Sequence record: SRR20825019_3140
DNA length: 33,306 nucleotides
Reading direction: 5' to 3' (one strand)
Below, piece after piece: positions 8,557 to 17,432 of this stretch. The notes beneath the pieces are model-generated. The model was not told the DNA's origin. It searched no databases and saw only the letters and a program-made list of their open reading frames with translations. Made by a program: the position numbers and the translations under genes. The stretch's first letter is position 1. Each line of letters begins with the position of its first letter.

Positions 8557-9813
8557 ATGTGGTTATTTGATAGAGATTTGTGGATAGAAATTTTTCATAC
8601 CCTGGGCAAGAACATGTTCAGGACTTTCCTGACCATGCTTGGGGTAATCTTTGCCATGATTATTTTGGTGCTGTTGCTTGGGTCTGCCAACGGTATGAGC
8701 AACGGGTTCAATAAAATATTTGCGGGAACAGCTTCCAATAGCCTGTTCGTTTGGGGACAATCAACATCGGAACCTTATAAAGGTTTTGAACGGGGAAGAA
8801 GAATCAATTACAAACTGGAAGATGCGGAAATCCTAAAAAGACAAATTCCAGAAATTGAAGTGCTTGCTCCACGAATTGAGCTTGCAAACCATAGAGGTAC
8901 AGTAAGCGTGTACAGAAACGGACAGACGAGTGGTTCTGCCGTCTATGGGGATTTTCCCGAAATAGATAATATCACCAAAAAGAAATTGGTGGAAGGTAGG
9001 TTCCTGAACCAAACCGATATTGATGACTCCAAAAAAGTTTGCGTAATCGGTGAGGAGACGTATAAGCTTCTATTTGAAAAAGGTGAGAAGGCCATGGGGC
9101 AGGAAATCCGTATCAACGGAGTGTATTTTACCGTTGTGGGAATATACAAGCCCAACAACAATATCAACATTGATGGAGAGAATGCAGTATTCATTCCGTT
9201 CAGTACTTTTCAAAAAGCGTTCAATTCAGGTGATAGAATGGGGTGGATGGCCATTGCAGTGGAAGAGAACACACCCGTACCTTTCGTGGAAAGCCAGATC
9301 AAGAGTATCCTAAAGACCAAATACGATATCCATCCGGATGATGAACGTGCCATCGGCAGTTTTGATATGTCGGAGATATTCAACAACATTACGGCATTTA
9401 CCACGGTGCTGCAAGGATTCTCCTTCTTTGTGGGGATCTTTACCCTGCTGGCCGGTGTCATCGCAATTAGTAATATCCTTTTGATCACCGTAAAGGAACG
9501 TACGCAGGAAATCGGGGTGCGACGCGCACTTGGGGCAACCCCCGTAATCGTAAAACGACAAATCGTGGTCGAGGCCATAGTATTGACCGCTTTTGCCGGA
9601 TTGGTAGGATTTGCAGTTGCAGTGGGGATATTATCCATTATGAATGCCATGTGGGGCAGTGGGGATAATTTCCCATTTGTGAAGCCCATGATCAGTATTC
9701 CACAGTTTGTCGTATCCTTTATTTTAATGGTGGGACTAAGCGTGTTAATTGGTTTATTGCCCGCAAACCGTGCCGTTAGGATCAAACCTATCGACGCATT
9801 AAGAGAAGAATAA
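8557..9813 (+). CDS. ABC transporter permease, MacB/FtsX family (type B, copy 2)
   Basis: SNILLITVKERTQEIGVRRALGA; shares VYGD(F/Y)PEI, AFN.G...GWMAI and HP.D.RA.G.FD with the 4129 protein. Confidence 0.93.
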   Translation: MWLFDRDLWIEIFHTLGKNMFRTFLTMLGVIFAMIILVLLLGSANGMSNGFNKIFAGTASNSLFVWGQSTSEPYKGFERGRRINYKLEDAEILKRQIPEIEVLAPRIELANHRGTVSVYRNGQTSGSAVYGDFPEIDNITKKKLVEGRFLNQTDIDDSKKVCVIGEETYKLLFEKGEKAMGQEIRINGVYFTVVGIYKPNNNINIDGENAVFIPFSTFQKAFNSGDRMGWMAIAVEENTPVPFVESQIKSILKTKYDIHPDDERAIGSFDMSEIFNNITAFTTVLQGFSFFVGIFTLLAGVIAISNILLITVKERTQEIGVRRALGATPVIVKRQIVVEAIVLTAFAGLVGFAVAVGILSIMNAMWGSGDNFPFVKPMISIPQFVVSFILMVGLSVLIGLLPANRAVRIKPIDALREE

Positions 9814-9851
9814 TCATCAATACAATTAAATAACGAATCAAATAAGCAAGA

Positions 9852-10970
9852 ATGAACAAGTATGTAAAATACGGATTGATAGGGGTAGTGGTCATTGGTA
9901 TTTTGGCCGCTGTAGTCTACTTTTTAAAGCAGAACAGTACTCCTGTAGAGCTGTATAAAACCGAAACAGCAGAACGAAAGGACATCGTAAATAAAGTAAT
10001 CGTTACCGGAAAGGTGATACCTGAGGACGAGATCAACATCAAGCCTCAAATTTCCGGGATCATTGATAAGATCATGCTCGAAGAAGGGGTCCGTGTAGAG
10101 TCTGGAGACCTTATTGCAGTGATCAAGGTGGTTCCGAACGAGCAATCCTTGAACCAGGCAGCTGGCCGTGTACGCAATGCCGAGCTGGCGCTGAGCAATG
10201 CCAAATTGGAATATGATAGGAACAAGACCTTGTTCGATAAGGGGGTAATCTCCAATCAGGACTATAACAACCTTAAGTTGACCTACGAACAGGCAATGCA
10301 AGAATTGAAAAATGCCCAGGCCGATTATCAGATTATTAGAAAAGGATCGGCAGGAGGTTCATCCAGTGCCAATACCAATATTAGGGCAACGGTATCGGGG
10401 ACCATTCTTGAAATTCCCGTAAAAGAAGGTGATCAGGTTATCCAGAGTAACAACTTTAACGAAGGTACCACCATCGCCACGATTGCGGATATGTCCAAAA
10501 TGATCTTCGAAGGTGAAGTGGACGAGGCGGAAGTTGGAAAACTGAGCGTGGGTATGCCTTTGGAAATAAGTCTTGGGGCCTTGGAAGAGCAAAGGTTTGA
10601 TGCCAAACTAAAGTTCATCGCACCAAAAGGTGTTGAGGAAGAAGGTGCCGTGCAGTTTAAGATCGAAGGTGACTTGGATGTAAAAGCGAGCGACAGTACT
10701 TCGTACGTTAGGGCAGGGTACAGTGCCAACGCTTCCATTGTATTGGAAGAAAAGAAAGATGTTTTGGCAATCAAAGAAGCGTTGCTTCAGTTTGACAAGG
10801 ACACGGAAAAGCCATATGTGGAAGTGCAGACAGGTGAAAATGAATTCGAGCGCAGAGATCTTGAATTGGGTGTTAGCGACGGTATAGACGTGGAGATTGT
10901 TTCGGGTATTGATGAAGATGATAAAATCAAGGTTTGGAACAAGTTGGAAAAAAGATCTGACGAAAACTAA
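9852..10970 (+). CDS. Periplasmic adaptor / membrane fusion protein, MacA-like (copy 2)
   Basis: Paralog of 5422: IKVVPN, SSSANT.IRATVSG, FNEGTTIA.IAD, ELGVSDGI and DKIKVWN are shared. Confidence 0.92.
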   Translation: MNKYVKYGLIGVVVIGILAAVVYFLKQNSTPVELYKTETAERKDIVNKVIVTGKVIPEDEINIKPQISGIIDKIMLEEGVRVESGDLIAVIKVVPNEQSLNQAAGRVRNAELALSNAKLEYDRNKTLFDKGVISNQDYNNLKLTYEQAMQELKNAQADYQIIRKGSAGGSSSANTNIRATVSGTILEIPVKEGDQVIQSNNFNEGTTIATIADMSKMIFEGEVDEAEVGKLSVGMPLEISLGALEEQRFDAKLKFIAPKGVEEEGAVQFKIEGDLDVKASDSTSYVRAGYSANASIVLEEKKDVLAIKEALLQFDKDTEKPYVEVQTGENEFERRDLELGVSDGIDVEIVSGIDEDDKIKVWNKLEKRSDEN

Positions 10971-11012
10971 TCCGTACTAAACCATCATTAATAAATCAAA
11001 ATCGAAAAACGA

Positions 11013-12362
11013 ATGAAAAATAGCATAACCATATTACTTGCGTTGTTCGCTGTCACCTTGTCGAGTGCACAGGTGCGACAATGGACGCTCCAGGAATGTG
11101 TGGAATACGCAGTAGAAAACAACTTGACCGTAGAACAATTTGAACTGGATCTTGAAAACGCAAAAATCGATAAGTCCGATGCTGTTGGAAACATGCTTCC
11201 AAGTTTAAACGGAACAATGTCAGCTTCGAGCAACACGGGTTTTTCCATTAATCCAACAAATAACTTGCCGACCAACAGTACGGCCAATAACGTGAACATT
11301 AGTGCTACATCCAGCATTACACTTTTTGATGGGTTAAGGAACATCAACCAATTGCATAGGGCCAAAATGAACGCGATTGCGAACCAATATCGTTTGGATA
11401 ATTTAAAGGATGATATCCGTTTGAATGTTGCCAACGCTTATTTACAAGTGGTGTCCAATAAGGAACAGCTTAAAACCTTCAGGGCGCAATATACTGTTAC
11501 CGAACAGGATTTGAAGCGTACTAAGGAATTGGTGGAATCCGGTGTGGTTCCCAGAGGGGACCTGTTGGAAATCGAGGCCACGGCCGCCAATCAAGAACAA
11601 CAAATCGAGAATGGCGAGAGCAATGTTCTGATTTCTCGTATCAATCTAGCACAATTGCTTCAAATTACCGATTATGAGAACTTTGATATAGCGGAAGAGG
11701 AGTTTGATATTCCTCCATCCGATATTCTGGATAATTCACCTAAGGTGATTTTTGATAAGGCGATGACCTTTAGAAACGACATCAAATTTTCCGAATCCAA
11801 TGTGGAGTTGGCCGAACAAGATGTTAAAATTACAAAAGGGGCCTATTTGCCAACGTTGTCTGCCTTCTTCCAGTACGGAACAAGATATTCTGATGTAACT
11901 CAAATCCCTGATGGAAATGGAGTACCCTATACGCCTAGTTTAACAGATCAGTTATGGATTTTTGATGGTATCAGTTATGGGGCACAGTTGAACATCCCTA
12001 TTTTTAATGGATGGAGCACACGCAACAATGTTACGCGTTCACAAATCAGCCTGGAAAAGGCCAAACTTCAACTGGAGCAGGATAAATTGGATTTGGAAAA
12101 TACCATTCAGCAGGCCTATGTAGATGTAAATACGTTTGAAAAGGCCTATGCAGCGGCCGAAAAAACATTGGAGGCCAGGACTTTGGCTTATGACTATGCC
12201 AAGGAACGTTACGATGTTGGTTTGATGAACGCTTTTGATTTTAGCCAGGCGCAAGCCAGGGTGGAGAATGCACAGGCAGATGTGATCCGTACCAAATATG
12301 ATTATATCTTCCGATTGAAAATATTGGAGTTCTACTTTGGTATACCCATTTCATTAAACTAG
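11013..12362 (+). CDS. TolC family outer membrane efflux protein
   Basis: Signal peptide ending SSA-Q, WTLQECVEYAVENN start, two repeats (LPSLN / ITLFDG and YLPTLS / IPIFNG), ERYDVG; ends the MacAB-like cluster. Confidence 0.92.
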   Translation: MKNSITILLALFAVTLSSAQVRQWTLQECVEYAVENNLTVEQFELDLENAKIDKSDAVGNMLPSLNGTMSASSNTGFSINPTNNLPTNSTANNVNISATSSITLFDGLRNINQLHRAKMNAIANQYRLDNLKDDIRLNVANAYLQVVSNKEQLKTFRAQYTVTEQDLKRTKELVESGVVPRGDLLEIEATAANQEQQIENGESNVLISRINLAQLLQITDYENFDIAEEEFDIPPSDILDNSPKVIFDKAMTFRNDIKFSESNVELAEQDVKITKGAYLPTLSAFFQYGTRYSDVTQIPDGNGVPYTPSLTDQLWIFDGISYGAQLNIPIFNGWSTRNNVTRSQISLEKAKLQLEQDKLDLENTIQQAYVDVNTFEKAYAAAEKTLEARTLAYDYAKERYDVGLMNAFDFSQAQARVENAQADVIRTKYDYIFRLKILEFYFGIPISLN

Positions 12363-12370
12363 TATCTTTG
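12363..12370 (+). promoter_or_regulatory. Bacteroidota -7 promoter element for tsaB
   Basis: TATCTTTG immediately after the tolC stop; a TTTG candidate -33 element at 12336-12339. Confidence 0.6.
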
Positions 12371-12378
12371 TGGCCGCT

Positions 12379-13059
12379 ATGGCCACAATACTACATTTAG
12401 AAACAGCTACGACCAATTGCTCCGTGAGCATTGCAAAGGACGGCGAGATGCTTGTCCTAAAAGAGAACAACGCCGCGAACTATTCGCATTCGGAACAATT
12501 GCACATATTTATAAAAGAAGTCTTGGAAGAGGCTTCTTTGTCGTTTTCGGACCTTGATGCCGTTGCCATCAGCAAGGGACCGGGTTCATATACAGGGCTC
12601 CGTATCGGGGTGTCTTCTGCAAAAGGGTTATGTTTTTCACTCGAAATTCCTTTGATATCGGTGCCTACTTTGCAGAGCATGGCGTATCAAGTGGATGTAA
12701 AACCGGGGGAGTTAGTGATTCCAGTGTTGGATGCAAGACGCATGGAAGTGTATTCCTGTGTCTACGATGCTTCTTATAAAGAGGTTCGTGAGACCCGGGC
12801 TGAAATCATCGAGGAAGCCTCTTTCGCTGAATATGTATCAGATAGTAAGGTATATGTTATTGGTAGTGGGGCTGAAAAAATTAGGGGTGCCCTAGGGCAC
12901 CCCAACTTTATTTTTGATGAATCATTGGTTCCTTCAGCAAAGGATATGATTCGTATTGCTTTTGAAAAATATCAATCCAACGAATTTGAGGATGTGGCCT
13001 ATTTTGAGCCTTATTACCTCAAGGACTTTGTGCTCCAGCAAAAAAAGAAGAAAAATTAA
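12379..13059 (+). CDS. tsaB: tRNA threonylcarbamoyladenosine biosynthesis protein TsaB
   Basis: LHLETAT..CSVS, HSE.L, GPGSYTGLRIG, DARRMEVY and EPYYLK motifs. ATG 12379 preferred over GTG 12370, which overlaps the -7 box. Confidence 0.95.
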   Translation: MATILHLETATTNCSVSIAKDGEMLVLKENNAANYSHSEQLHIFIKEVLEEASLSFSDLDAVAISKGPGSYTGLRIGVSSAKGLCFSLEIPLISVPTLQSMAYQVDVKPGELVIPVLDARRMEVYSCVYDASYKEVRETRAEIIEEASFAEYVSDSKVYVIGSGAEKIRGALGHPNFIFDESLVPSAKDMIRIAFEKYQSNEFEDVAYFEPYYLKDFVLQQKKKKN

Positions 13060-13883
13060 TCTTCCAATACTTTGTGCATAACCCTTTGTGGGAACGGAAT
13101 CTCGATTCCTGCGTCATCAAAGCGTAATTTGGTCTGTTCTATTACATAAAAGTGTGCGGGCCAAAATACATCGTTGTTCGCCCAAAAGCGCAATGTAAGG
13201 TTCACCGAGCTATCTGCCAAGGCCCCAACGTATACTTCCGGAGCTGGTTCAGTGTTTATATTTGGATTATCGGCACAGATCTGTAGAAGAATCTCCTTGG
13301 CCTCTTTAATGTTTGAACCATATCCAATGCCGACATCAATCTTATCCCGGCGGGTATTTTCCATATTGTAGTTGATGATATTTCCATTGGACAATTGTCC
13401 ATTGGGTATAATGGCGATTTGATTACCAAAAGTGCTCAATTTTGTATTGAAGATTGAAATTTCTTTTACCGAACCATCAACCCCTTGAGCAGAAATCCAG
13501 TCCCCGACTTTAAAGGGTTTAAAAATTAAGATAAGGACACCGCCAGCAAAATTGGCAAGAGACCCTTGAAGTGCCAAACCAATGGCCAAACCAGCGGCAC
13601 CTATTATGGCTACCAAAGATGAGGTTTTGACTCCCAATTGGGTGACCACAAGCACAAAGAGCATAATCTTGAGTGCAATGCTTATGAAACTTTGCATAAA
13701 AGACTCCAAAGTTTCATCGTATTCCTTTTTGGCAAAAAACTTTCTCACCATTTTATTGAACAGCTTAATAATCCAAAGCCCAACAAAAAATATGACAATG
13801 GCCAAAAGTATATTGGGTATAACTCCAAAAGCCCATTCAATGGCCTGATCAACGTATTCTTGGTAATTTTCTAGTTCCTTCAT
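13056..13883 (-). CDS. mscS: Small-conductance mechanosensitive channel, MscS family
   Basis: GAAGLAIGLALQGSLANFAGGVLILIFKPFKVGDWI pore motif, IIPNGQL, GIEIPFPQR. Confidence 0.95.
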   Translation of the reverse strand: MKELENYQEYVDQAIEWAFGVIPNILLAIVIFFVGLWIIKLFNKMVRKFFAKKEYDETLESFMQSFISIALKIMLFVLVVTQLGVKTSSLVAIIGAAGLAIGLALQGSLANFAGGVLILIFKPFKVGDWISAQGVDGSVKEISIFNTKLSTFGNQIAIIPNGQLSNGNIINYNMENTRRDKIDVGIGYGSNIKEAKEILLQICADNPNINTEPAPEVYVGALADSSVNLTLRFWANNDVFWPAHFYVIEQTKLRFDDAGIEIPFPQRVMHKVLED

Positions 13884-13973
13884 AATAGCTTTTTAGTTTA
13901 ATTGGCAACGTAGTTAATATTCAAATAATAAAAAAGAAAAGGTTTTTAAACAAATGTTAATGTTAAGGGATGT

Positions 13974-16073
13974 TTACAATTGTTCCAAGGCTTCCTTAGC
14001 TGTACTGACAGGGAGTTTGCAAGCTCCTTCTTGACATATATATACTAAGGTTTTACCCGGTACTTTCCTGTTTTTCAACAAATCAAGATTACCATTTTTT
14101 TTGGAACCAGCTAAAATACTATTGGGCAGGTACACTTTGCTAATTTGTTGTGCCATGTCCCTATAGTCATCACCTATTATGGCGACCTCATAGAAATTTT
14201 TGTTGTTGAACAGTACCAAATGCAACCAATTGGAAAAACCTTGTGCTCTTCTATCAAAATCCTTTTGAACGTTTTTGAGCATTTGGTTTGATGTTTCCCC
14301 ATAACCTTCACTTGGAAACAGCTTGTCGAATTTATATAGATTGATGGCCATCATGGAATTGGAGGAGGAGATCACGTTGTCATCCACTTCTATGGTCCTC
14401 CGTATCAAGGATTGGTCTTGGTCCGAAGTATAAAAGAACATTCCTGATGCATCATCAAAAAAGTGTTTTTGGGCATAATCTAGTAGGTTTTTGGCGCTGT
14501 TGAGCCATTTTTTATCAAAAGTTACTTCGTAAAGTGCAAAATAAGCATCGATTACAGTGGCATAATCATCCAAAAACGCATTGATGGTACTTTTACCATT
14601 TTTGTGGTTTCGGTAGAGTGAACCATCATTTTTTATAAGTTCCTGTTCAATGAATTCAGCATTTTTTAGAGCAAGGTCCAAGTATGCATCATTTTCCAGA
14701 TAACGATAGGCATCTACCAGTCCTTTCAGCATTAGCCCGTTCCAAGAAGTCAGGATTTTATCGTCCAAACGTGGGCGTGGACGCTTGCTTCTTTCATTTT
14801 TAAGTTTGCTTAAGCTTTTTCTTATGGTTTTCCTTAGCGTTTCAATATCAATGTCAAAGCTCTTGGCTATCTCTTCATCACTCTTGTCTCGGATGAGTAC
14901 ATAATTCTCTTCTTCCCAATGTCCGTAAGAATTAATGTTGAAATATTCTTGGAATATCTTATAATCATCTTCTAATAAATTGATAAGTTGTTCCTCTGTC
15001 CAAATGTAATAGGCGCCTTCCTCCAAGTTTCCATGTTCATCTAAGCTGTCCGCATCCAAAGAGGAATAGAACCCTCCACTCTTGTCCAAAAGTTCATCTT
15101 TCACAAAAGCAATTGTTTCAGCAATAACATCTTTGTACAGGTCATTTTTTGTAACGGCATAGGCTTTGGCATATAGACTTGTCAATTGACCATTATCGTA
15201 CAACATTTTCTCAAAGTGGGGAACATGCCATTTCACATCAACGGCATATCGCGAAAATCCTCCGCCCACATGGTCATAAACGCCTCCGTAGGCCATTCTG
15301 GTAAGTGTAGTGTCCACAAACTCCATGATCTCCGGTTTGTCCATTGTAGTGGCATAGTGTAACAAAAAGTCCCAATTGTTGGGCATCATAAACTTTGGGG
15401 CACGCTTATGTCCACCCAAAAAAGTGTCGAAGTACTGCGTCCAGTTTTGAACGGCACTATCCAGCTGCTCCAAGGAATAGAGTTCACTGTCCACATTGTT
15501 TTCTACCAAGTTGATGGTCTGTAGTCCATTCGCTAGGTCCTTGGCATAGTCCGTTACCCGTTGCTTATCGTTTTTATAAAGTTCGGCCAGTTGTTCCAGA
15601 GACTTTATCCAATTGTCTTTTGGGACGTAGGTTGCTCCCCAAAAAGGCCGGCCATCGGGCAAGGCAACAATATTGAGCGGCCACCCTCCTTGTCCTGATA
15701 TCATCTGGATGGCATCCATGTAAATCTGGTCCACATCGGGCCGTTCTTCCCTGTCAATCTTTATATTGATGAAATTCTCGTTCATCACTTGGGCCACTTC
15801 TTCGTCCTCAAAACACTCTTTTTCCATCACATGGCACCAATGGCAGGCGGCATATCCGATACTGATGAGCAGAAGTTTATCTTCCTTTTTTGCCTTGTTG
15901 AGCACATCGGGGCTCCAAGCTTCCCAATTTACCGGGTTGTGGGCGTGTTGTAATAAATAGGGACTGGTCTCTTTTATAAGTGCATTGGTATGTTTATGGC
16001 TCACTTTGTCTGAATTTTTTTTGCAGCCCAAGGCTGAGGTTACAACTAGTATGAAGAAAAGCACTTTTTTCAT
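13974..16073 (-). CDS. YyaL/SPATA20-like protein (thioredoxin-like DUF255 domain plus six-hairpin glycosidase-like domain), predicted lipoprotein
   Basis: NAL..ETSPYLLQHAHNPVNW, IGYAACHWCHVM, IKIDREERPDVD, GGWPL, VPHFEKMLYDN, DDKILTSWNGLM. Start moved to ATG 16073 (MKKVLFFILVVTSALG-C lipobox) because the track's extension crosses a terminator. Confidence 0.92.
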   Translation of the reverse strand: MKKVLFFILVVTSALGCKKNSDKVSHKHTNALIKETSPYLLQHAHNPVNWEAWSPDVLNKAKKEDKLLLISIGYAACHWCHVMEKECFEDEEVAQVMNENFINIKIDREERPDVDQIYMDAIQMISGQGGWPLNIVALPDGRPFWGATYVPKDNWIKSLEQLAELYKNDKQRVTDYAKDLANGLQTINLVENNVDSELYSLEQLDSAVQNWTQYFDTFLGGHKRAPKFMMPNNWDFLLHYATTMDKPEIMEFVDTTLTRMAYGGVYDHVGGGFSRYAVDVKWHVPHFEKMLYDNGQLTSLYAKAYAVTKNDLYKDVIAETIAFVKDELLDKSGGFYSSLDADSLDEHGNLEEGAYYIWTEEQLINLLEDDYKIFQEYFNINSYGHWEEENYVLIRDKSDEEIAKSFDIDIETLRKTIRKSLSKLKNERSKRPRPRLDDKILTSWNGLMLKGLVDAYRYLENDAYLDLALKNAEFIEQELIKNDGSLYRNHKNGKSTINAFLDDYATVIDAYFALYEVTFDKKWLNSAKNLLDYAQKHFFDDASGMFFYTSDQDQSLIRRTIEVDDNVISSSNSMMAINLYKFDKLFPSEGYGETSNQMLKNVQKDFDRRAQGFSNWLHLVLFNNKNFYEVAIIGDDYRDMAQQISKVYLPNSILAGSKKNGNLDLLKNRKVPGKTLVYICQEGACKLPVSTAKEALEQL

Positions 16074-16093
16074 CAAACGGCAGATTTGTGCAT

Positions 16094-16121
16094 AAAAAAA
16101 TGCGTCCGTTTCGGGACGCAT
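16094..16121 (-). terminator. Intrinsic terminator after the dodecin gene
   Basis: ATGCGTCC (16100-16107), 6-nt loop, GGACGCAT (16114-16121); the A7 tract at 16094-16100 gives a U tract on the minus strand. Confidence 0.8.
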
Positions 16122-16140
16122 CTTGTTTTCTTCATTTTTG

Positions 16141-16341
16141 TTATTGTACTTCAAAGGTAATCTTAACGTTTACCCTGTAGTTGTCAATTTTTCCATCTTT
16201 TACGGTAGCGCTCTGCTCGTTGATGTAGATGGAACGAATATTCTTAACTGATTTTGAGGCCTGCTCCAACGCGTTGTTGGTCGCATCTTCCCAACTTTTG
16301 CTGGAATTGGCCAATACTTCGATAACTTTTAAAACTGCCAT
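16141..16341 (-). CDS. Dodecin family protein
   Basis: 66 aa from ATG 16341: KVIEVLANSSKSWEDA...ASKSVKNIR...GKI..YRVNVKITF fits the dodecin pattern. Confidence 0.88.
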   Translation of the reverse strand: MAVLKVIEVLANSSKSWEDATNNALEQASKSVKNIRSIYINEQSATVKDGKIDNYRVNVKITFEVQ

Positions 16342-16411
16342 GGTCAATGTATTTTTTAGATTCCCTTTAAGATAACAAATTTTGATGGGAATCTGGCAGT
16401 AACCTAGTTAA

Positions 16412-17308
16412 TTATCCGTTAAGGGCCACCACTTCCTTGATTTTATCGCCCATCATGTTCTTAAGCATCGTTTCGATACCGTTCTTTAAGGTGAATGTGG
16501 AAGATGGACAACCACTACATGCTCCTTGGAGAATAACGCTAACAGTACCGCTTTGCTCTTCATAGGATTGAAAAAGGATATTTCCGCCATCACCGGCAAC
16601 GGCTGGCTTTACATATTCTTCCAAAATATCTATGATCTGTAATGATGTGTCATCGTAATCTGTTCCAGATTTTTTCTGCTCAATAGTCTCCTTGCCCTTT
16701 TGGATAGCTTCTGCAGTTACCACTTCCTTGCCATCGGCAAGGTAATCGCGGATAAATTCGCGCAATTGCATATTGATTTCTTCCCAATCGGCCACTTCGT
16801 ATTTGGTAACGGAAACGTAGTTTTCATCCATAAAAACCTCTTTTACAAAAGGCAAATGGAATAGTTCCTTCGCCAATGGGGAATCCTTGGCCTCGTCAAT
16901 GTTTTTAAACTCATAGGTAGAGGGAACAATCCTTTTGTTGGAAACAAATTTCATTACGGCCGGGTTGGGTGTTACCTCAGCATATACTGTAATCGGCTCT
17001 TTTTTGGTAACCGCCTCCTCGTTTACGACCGGCTCACCAGCGTTTAGGTACTCGACCAACTGCTGGGCCACATCATCCTTTACATCATCCCACTCCACAA
17101 TGTCAAAACGTTCCAATGCCACAAAGTTACTGGCAATGTAGACGGTCTTGATAAACGGAAGGTAAAAAAGTTGCTGGGCCAACGGGGAATTTTTGGCCTC
17201 GTCAATATTTTTAAATTCGTAATTGCCCTTTACCAAAAAATGATTGGCCTCCAATTTTATTATCTTGGGGTTGTTGGTGGTAACAACCGTGATATTGAAC
17301 TCTTTCAT
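16412..17308 (-). CDS. NifU/Nfu family Fe-S cluster protein with two Nfu_N scaffold domains
   Basis: C-terminal VKPAVAGDGGNI...LQGACSGCPSSTFTLKNGIE; duplicated N-terminal domain. Start at ATG 17308, downstream of a -7 box. Confidence 0.93.
   Translation of the reverse strand: MKEFNITVVTTNNPKIIKLEANHFLVKGNYEFKNIDEAKNSPLAQQLFYLPFIKTVYIASNFVALERFDIVEWDDVKDDVAQQLVEYLNAGEPVVNEEAVTKKEPITVYAEVTPNPAVMKFVSNKRIVPSTYEFKNIDEAKDSPLAKELFHLPFVKEVFMDENYVSVTKYEVADWEEINMQLREFIRDYLADGKEVVTAEAIQKGKETIEQKKSGTDYDDTSLQIIDILEEYVKPAVAGDGGNILFQSYEEQSGTVSVILQGACSGCPSSTFTLKNGIETMLKNMMGDKIKEVVALNG
16887..17221. repeat. Intragenic direct repeat from the Nfu_N domain duplication
   Basis: TTGGCCTCGTCAATGTTTTTAAACTCATA (16887-16915) vs TTGGCCTCGTCAATATTTTTAAATTCGTA (17193-17221), 306 nt apart; both encode YEFKNIDEAK. 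Confidence 0.85.
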
Positions 17309-17323
17309 CTTGAATATTTGTTG

Positions 17324-17331
17324 CAAAAATA
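17324..17331 (-). promoter_or_regulatory. Bacteroidota -7 promoter element for the nfu gene
   Basis: Plus-strand CAAAAATA reads TATTTTTG on the minus strand, 15 nt before ATG 17308. Confidence 0.6.
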
Positions 17332-17432
17332 CCAATAGTTGCGATGCGCAGCAAAATATTATAATAATGTGACAAGCTTATCGTTATTTAAGTGTTTTAC
17401 AGTATTCGATAATCACTAGCCCCAACCGTCAG

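Noticed and set aside
16074..16154. N-terminal extension of the YyaL ORF overlapping dodecin
   Set aside because: Crosses the dodecin terminator and hides the lipoprotein signal that begins at 16073.
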